A stretch of DNA of 64,000 nt from Sphingobacteriales bacterium (lineage in GTDB: Bacteria; Bacteroidota; Bacteroidia; Chitinophagales; CAIOSU01), in the NCBI GenBank assembly GCA_027486795.1, contig JAIXOI010000057.1:26896-90895 (forward strand), written 5' to 3'. Positions within the stretch are counted from its first letter, which is position 1. Each line of letters opens with the position of its first letter. Below, one piece after another: positions 59,189-64,000 of this stretch. The notes below the pieces were generated by a model. It did no database searches, was not told the DNA's origin, and saw only the letters and a list, made by a program, of their open reading frames with translations. The position numbers and the translations under genes are program-made.

Positions 59189-59679
59189 TCCTCCAAAAGT
59201 GTTTCGTCATCAATCATTTCGAGCAGTAATGAGTTATAATCGTCGCTGTTAGCGTTATCATCAAGATACTGAAAGGCAGGATTTGCCGATAGCACCAACA
59301 TTAGGCTATCGTCTTGCATTACATGGTTGTCGAGCAACGCTTCATCTTGCATGGCCAATTGCAGCAAGTCGTCGTTGGATAGCGAATCAAAGGCCAAGCC
59401 GTTGTTGCTTACAGTGCCAATGGGCCAGAGTATAATTGCCAAAGTAATGCTTGCCGCTGCGGCTAAGCCTACTAGGCCAAATGGAATGATCCGAAAGGTG
59501 CGTTTTTTATCGGAAACTGGCTGTGCGGCTTTATGCAATACCTCGGTGACCAGTGTACCAAAGTATGCATCGTTAGGCATAGGCACCACAGGCTTGTGTG
59601 CCGTTGACAGCAATGTGGACAGTTCAGCCAATTCTTCCTTGGCGCTCGGTATAGGTTTGTATGGTTCGTTTGCCTTCAT
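59179..59679 (-). CDS. Hypothetical single-pass membrane protein
   Basis: From MKANEPYKPIPS (59679): a cytoplasmic N-terminus, one TM segment (IIPFGLVGLAAAASITLAIILW) and an acidic C-terminus. It overlaps the downstream Spy-like gene by 10 nt. Confidence 0.45.
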   Translation of the reverse strand: MKANEPYKPIPSAKEELAELSTLLSTAHKPVVPMPNDAYFGTLVTEVLHKAAQPVSDKKRTFRIIPFGLVGLAAAASITLAIILWPIGTVSNNGLAFDSLSNDDLLQLAMQDEALLDNHVMQDDSLMLVLSANPAFQYLDDNANSDDYNSLLLEMIDDETLLEDWL

Positions 59680-59946
59680 TCGTTGGTTTGACAACTTATT
59701 AGCGCAAAGGTTTAATTTATTGCTCAATTTTCTAATTGTTAGAAAGGCAATAGGGTTTTTGTTGGTTTCATACTTCCATAAAAAGTATTTGGATAATAAA
59801 ATATTAGTTGGTACTCTTTGCATATTCCAGTTCTTTGGCATTGCTTTTTATTGCTTACCAGTAGCCTGTGATTATTAGGTTTCATCTTCATTTTCAACCA
59901 ATAGCGTAACAATTTTTGCTCAACAACGTATGAAGGAATATAGCTT

Positions 59947-59976
59947 TTGACCAAGAGTTATAAGTTGACCAAAGAG
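59947..59976 (+). promoter_or_regulatory. Direct repeat TTGACCAAGAG / TTGACCAAAGAG upstream of the T9SS cargo gene
   Basis: Two copies at 59947-59957 and 59965-59976, 12-41 nt before the ATG at 59988. Confidence 0.3.
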
Positions 59977-59987
59977 AGGAACAGAAC

Positions 59988-62291
59988 ATGAAGAGGATGA
60001 CCGAGAGGAGCAAGATGTTTTGCATCTTATTAGTAGTATGCAGTGCTATACTACACTCCGCAACCGCACAAGCAGCAACCATTACCACCTTGTTTGGTGG
60101 GTCGTGGGAGGTAGGTGCCATTTGGGACAGCGGTTTGCAGCCCACATCAACCGACGATGTAGTGATTACGACGGGAAACAACGTGACCCTCACATCGAAT
60201 GTTACGGTTGCAAGCCTTGTTGTTAATTCAGAAGATTTAACAGTATTTACTATCAACTCCGGTTACACCTTAACGGTAACAGGAGATGTTACAATTTACG
60301 GCTCGCCCGATGCAACTTCATCGCAAATTGCCTGCAACGGCAATATTGTAATTGGCGGCAATTTGGTTTTTGAAGGCGATGCATCTAATGCGCAGGCACA
60401 GCTTTCAATGGGCGATGGCAGCACCGCAACCCTTAGCGGCAATATAGTGTTTACTGGTTTTGGCCGTGTTTGGAGCGGGAGTACAGCCAACATTCATACT
60501 TTTACTTTCAACGGTTCGGGCAATCGTGACATTAGATTCACTGGCAACCGTTTCCGTAACATTGTATTCAATACCGGCGGCAATATCACCGCCCAATCAA
60601 ACCTTACCACAACTACCGTTTACGGTAACATTGATATTGTAAGCGGTACTTTCAAAAATGCCGGCTATTCAATGCTAGGTAACAGCGGTCGCACTTTTAC
60701 CATTCGCACCGGAGCAACACTTGAAATTTCGGGCACCGTTGGCTTGCCCAGTACATTTTCAATGGTAATTGAGCCAAGTAGCACTATCCATTATGCGGGC
60801 GGAAGCCAAACCGTGGGCGTACCAAACAATAGCCAAAACTACGCAAACCTTCAAATTTCGGGCACGGGCACGAAAACGCTAGCTGGCAATACCACTGTAA
60901 CGGGTAACGTATCTATCACGGGTTCAACACTTGATGTGCACAGCATAAACAATTACAGCTTGACTATAGCGGGCAACTTTAGTAATGGTGCCACCTTTAA
61001 TGCACGAGCTGGTTCGGTTATACTTAATGGCACCGCTTTAAAGGACATTACCTCTGGCGGAACAACTTTTTACAACGTAACCTTTAACAATGTGGCTGGT
61101 TTTAATTTGAACGACGATATGACCGTGACTAATGTGGCTACACTAACCAACGGTGTAATTTCTACGGGTTCGAACCGACTCATATTGCAAAATACCGATG
61201 CCGCTGCTATAACTGGTTATAGCAGCGTACGCTTCATCAATGGCCGCCTGCGCAGGTATATGACCACCAATACCAGCACCTATGCTTTTCCGGTGGGCAA
61301 TAGCACTGCATCATCTAGCTATCACTTAGCAGAGATTATTAACAATAACATGACTGGCTTAAGCTATATGGACGCTCGCTTTGGGGCATTGACAAACCAT
61401 AACGATGCAGATCTTTCGGTTAGCGATAGTTATATGACTTATTTGTCTATTGCTCCTTGGGGCGTATGGCATTTAACTCCCAACTCGCAACCATCAGGTG
61501 GCAGCTATGATGTGCGCCTGTCGACCGCTAACATGGGTTTACTGAGCAACAACCAGTTTGCAATCGTTAAACGCGATGACGGCTCTACTTCCGGTGCCGA
61601 TTGGGGCGCACCAGGTACCATAAACAATGACAATGGTGCGGGTCGTATGGTAGCCGATGGCTATGCTATTAGGTACGGTTTAAATAGCTTTTCTGAATTT
61701 GGTTTGGGTCGTGCGAGTACCAATGGCAATCCGCTGCCAATTGAATTGGTAAGTTTTGCAGCCAACGTAAACAGCAACAACGAGGTGGTTTTGAATTGGG
61801 TAACCGCGATAGAAATAAACAACGAGTTTTTTACCATTGAGCGCAGTGTCGATGGTGAACATTTTGAAGAAGTAACCCGTGTAGCGGGTGCGGGTAGTAG
61901 CAACGTGAGCAGCACTTACAGTGCCATTGACGGAAACCCTGCAGTGGGCCTTAGCTACTACCGATTGAAACAAACCGATTTTGACGGGGCCTTTGAATAC
62001 TCAAATTTGGCAAGTGTGGTGCTTAATGATGCGGCACAAACTACCGTGCAAATATCGGTTTACCCCAACCCAGCAAATGCGGGTCAACAAATTCAGGTAA
62101 ACATTAGTGCAGCCGTCATTGACTATACTATTGAGGTGTATGAAATGGGCAGTGGCAAATTGATTTACCGCGGTATTTCAATGGGTCAACAGAATCAATT
62201 GGATATGCCCGAAGGCCTTGCCGTTGGCGCATATTTGGTTAGGGTATCGAATGATACGGAGGTACAGAACCAAAAGCTGTTTGTACGATAA
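59988..62291 (+). CDS. Large secreted T9SS cargo protein (repetitive Gly/Thr/Asn-rich, beta-helix-like region plus C-terminal sorting domain)
   Basis: Signal peptide (FCILLVVCSAILHSATAQA), repeated G.T..G/N.T.TGN segments, a LPIELVSF...LNWVT...F.IERSVDG domain, and a type A sorting tail (VYPNPANAG...GAYLVRVSNDTEVQNQKLFV). Confidence 0.7.
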   Translation: MKRMTERSKMFCILLVVCSAILHSATAQAATITTLFGGSWEVGAIWDSGLQPTSTDDVVITTGNNVTLTSNVTVASLVVNSEDLTVFTINSGYTLTVTGDVTIYGSPDATSSQIACNGNIVIGGNLVFEGDASNAQAQLSMGDGSTATLSGNIVFTGFGRVWSGSTANIHTFTFNGSGNRDIRFTGNRFRNIVFNTGGNITAQSNLTTTTVYGNIDIVSGTFKNAGYSMLGNSGRTFTIRTGATLEISGTVGLPSTFSMVIEPSSTIHYAGGSQTVGVPNNSQNYANLQISGTGTKTLAGNTTVTGNVSITGSTLDVHSINNYSLTIAGNFSNGATFNARAGSVILNGTALKDITSGGTTFYNVTFNNVAGFNLNDDMTVTNVATLTNGVISTGSNRLILQNTDAAAITGYSSVRFINGRLRRYMTTNTSTYAFPVGNSTASSSYHLAEIINNNMTGLSYMDARFGALTNHNDADLSVSDSYMTYLSIAPWGVWHLTPNSQPSGGSYDVRLSTANMGLLSNNQFAIVKRDDGSTSGADWGAPGTINNDNGAGRMVADGYAIRYGLNSFSEFGLGRASTNGNPLPIELVSFAANVNSNNEVVLNWVTAIEINNEFFTIERSVDGEHFEEVTRVAGAGSSNVSSTYSAIDGNPAVGLSYYRLKQTDFDGAFEYSNLASVVLNDAAQTTVQISVYPNPANAGQQIQVNISAAVIDYTIEVYEMGSGKLIYRGISMGQQNQLDMPEGLAVGAYLVRVSNDTEVQNQKLFVR

Positions 62292-62332
62292 CAGCACCAA
62301 AAACGATAACAAACTGCTACAAACGGGGCGTT

Positions 62333-62370
62333 TCTTTATGGAAGCGCCTCGTTTTTGTTTTTAGGGAGGA
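62333..62370 (+). terminator. Rho-independent terminator after the T9SS cargo gene
   Basis: ACGGGGCGTTTC-loop-GAAGCGCCTCGT (12 bp including 2 G-U pairs), followed by TTTTTGTTTTT. Confidence 0.75.
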
Positions 62371-62372
62371 AA

Positions 62373-63137
62373 CTATTTGCTAAGAAAGTGGCGCACGGCA
62401 TCCAGAAATTCCTTTGGGGCTTCGGCATGCAACCAATGGCCTGCATTTGCAATGGTTACCACTTCAAGGTTAGTAAAATGTTCTCTGAAATTGACCAAAT
62501 CTTTTTCCTCCACGTACTTCGATTTGCCCCCTCTGATAACTAAGGTAGGGAACTCAAACTTGCCATTCAACTCAATGCCTTTAACTACTTCGTTAAACTG
62601 TTGGTAAAGCACATCAAGGTTCATCTTCCATTCGTATCGGCCATCAGGGTTTCTATCCAGGCTTTTTAATAGAAACTGCAACATGCCTTCCTCTTCTATC
62701 TTTTCACGCAGCATTCGTTCCGCATCGCCGCGTTGCTTCACTTCATCGAGTTTTACATTATAGAGGGCTTCAAAAATAGTATCGTAGTTCCAGGTATATT
62801 GCCTTGCAGCTATATCGGCAATTATTAGCTTTTCAATCATTTCGGGGTAGCGGTTGGCAAACTCCATAACCGTTTTTCCGCCCATGGAGTGGCCTAGCAA
62901 TGATGCCTTTGCTATATCTTGCTCCACCATGAATACTTTTAAATCTTCCGCCATCAGGGCGTAACTGTGCTCAGGGTAATGTGGGCTTCGGCCATGGTTT
63001 CGCTCATCTACTATATACACGGTGGCCATATCGCTGAGGGCACGGGCGTGCGTTTGCCAGTTGTCGAGCGAGCCTATGAAGCCATGTAATATAATAAGCG
63101 GTGAGCCAGTGCCCGATACTTTAAAGTTTAGCGACAT
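62373..63137 (-). CDS. Alpha/beta hydrolase (YbfF-like esterase)
   Basis: PLIILHGF, nucleophile elbow GHSMGG, and a C-terminal GHWLHAE (catalytic His); 254 aa. Confidence 0.8.
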   Translation of the reverse strand: MSLNFKVSGTGSPLIILHGFIGSLDNWQTHARALSDMATVYIVDERNHGRSPHYPEHSYALMAEDLKVFMVEQDIAKASLLGHSMGGKTVMEFANRYPEMIEKLIIADIAARQYTWNYDTIFEALYNVKLDEVKQRGDAERMLREKIEEEGMLQFLLKSLDRNPDGRYEWKMNLDVLYQQFNEVVKGIELNGKFEFPTLVIRGGKSKYVEEKDLVNFREHFTNLEVVTIANAGHWLHAEAPKEFLDAVRHFLSK

Positions 63138-63147
63138 AATTCTGGTT

Positions 63148-63753
63148 TTATTCCCCTTCTTTTTTGGGGGCTAAATCTTGTTTTTGGTCGTGCTGTAGTT
63201 TAATGATTTTGGCTCGGGTATTCTCAATAAAGGTACCGCCCATTTCCATAGCATTTACACTAACTGTTCTGAACCGGTTTTTCATACTCGTTTCTATTGC
63301 ATTCAACTCTGAGAATGGGTCGTTGGGGTTTTTCTGCATGGCCTCGTAGGCAATGTTCAGGCACCAAACGCCCCAAGCATCATTTGAGTTAATTAATGGG
63401 TTTTCTTCGGTAAACTGGGCAATGAACATCAAGGGCCTATCGCGCACAAACTTAAAGGCGTATATGCTTACTATATCCCTAAAGCTCATGGGCTGGCTAA
63501 TTAGCTTGGTAGTGGCAGCAAAATAAAAGCGCAATCTTAATGAGTCTTGAATAAAAAGGCTGTCCAGCATATCCAAGGTTTGGGGCGTTTCGGCTGGTTT
63601 TTTGCCTTGGTAGTATTCTTTAGCTATGGGCAGTATTAGTGGGTCTTTTAAGTAAGTTGCTTCTATACTAGCTTGGCTAGGCTTACTGGCCTCTTTTGGC
63701 TGGCAGCCAAACAATCCAACTATCATCAACAACAGTATTAGGGTATATCTCAT
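63148..63753 (-). CDS. Hypothetical lipoprotein
   Basis: Lipobox (IVGLFGC). No other motif recognised. Confidence 0.45.
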   Translation of the reverse strand: MRYTLILLLMIVGLFGCQPKEASKPSQASIEATYLKDPLILPIAKEYYQGKKPAETPQTLDMLDSLFIQDSLRLRFYFAATTKLISQPMSFRDIVSIYAFKFVRDRPLMFIAQFTEENPLINSNDAWGVWCLNIAYEAMQKNPNDPFSELNAIETSMKNRFRTVSVNAMEMGGTFIENTRAKIIKLQHDQKQDLAPKKEGE

Positions 63754-63816
63754 TTTGAGGTTGGTTTGATTAATTTAGCAACCGTATTTAACAGGTTGAC
63801 GCTAAAATTAACACCA

Positions 63817-64000
63817 ATGGCAGCTAAAAAGAAATTTGGACAAGGAGGAATCGTGTTTTCTACCGATCCTGACTTTAGGCTCGATGCAGATGAACCCGAA
63901 AATGAGGAAACCTTAGCGCCTAAAGACCAACTGCTATACGTATCGCTCGACCGCAAGCAGCGGGGCGGAAAAACCGTTACCATGGTTGAAGGGTTTGTAG
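63817..64000 (+). CDS. SUI1/YciH-family translation initiation factor (N-terminal part; continues beyond the window)
   Basis: Hand translation gives MAAKKKFGQGGIVFSTDPDF...LYVSLDRKQRGGKTVTMVEGFV, matching the YciH/SUI1 pattern. Confidence 0.7.
   Translation, partial: MAAKKKFGQGGIVFSTDPDFRLDADEPENEETLAPKDQLLYVSLDRKQRGGKTVTMVEGFV

Noticed and set aside
59327-60256. 183-aa plus-strand ORF (59327-59878) and 120-aa minus-strand ORF (59894-60256)
   Set aside because: The first is antisense to the membrane-protein gene, and the second is antisense to the 5' end of the T9SS cargo gene. Neither has a recognisable signal or domain.

Overview
This 64 kb window is from a Bacteroidota chromosome. The lineage call rests on T9SS C-terminal sorting domains, GldM, a GWxTD protein, -7 TAnnTTTG promoter boxes, and a ribosomal cluster with no tuf between fusA and rpsJ and no adk after secY. 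It is mostly housekeeping. The centre (15.2-33.2 kb) is the complete rpsL-rpsG-fusA / S10-spc-alpha ribosomal protein cluster, ending at rpoA-rplQ. It includes two genes too short for the ORF track, rpmD and rpmJ. The flanks carry prfA, lipid A genes (lpxH-like, lpxK, an LpxL-family acyltransferase), ctaA, eno, carA, radA, gluQ, a purine nucleoside phosphorylase, and an OYE reductase. They also carry an ACMSD / LysE / CoA-transferase cluster, an ALDH-GMC oxidoreductase cluster, a sensor kinase and two T9SS cargo proteins. I recognised no rRNA, tRNA or CRISPR. Four things stand out. (1) A low-GC insert holds a solitary MmeI-family type IIG/IIL restriction-modification enzyme and is bracketed by a bipartite direct repeat. 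(2) A REP-associated tyrosine transposase (RAYT-like HUH gene) is framed by CCC-loop-GGG hairpins and 13-nt perfect inverted repeats. (3) Several intergenic gaps consist of 7- or 8-nt periodic word arrays with different words per locus, often as nested perfect inverted repeats abutting stop or start codons. I cannot assign these to a described repeat family. (4) A gldM gene sits alone with its own terminator and no gldK, gldL or gldN nearby. All calls come from reading the sequence and ORF translations. No database search was run.
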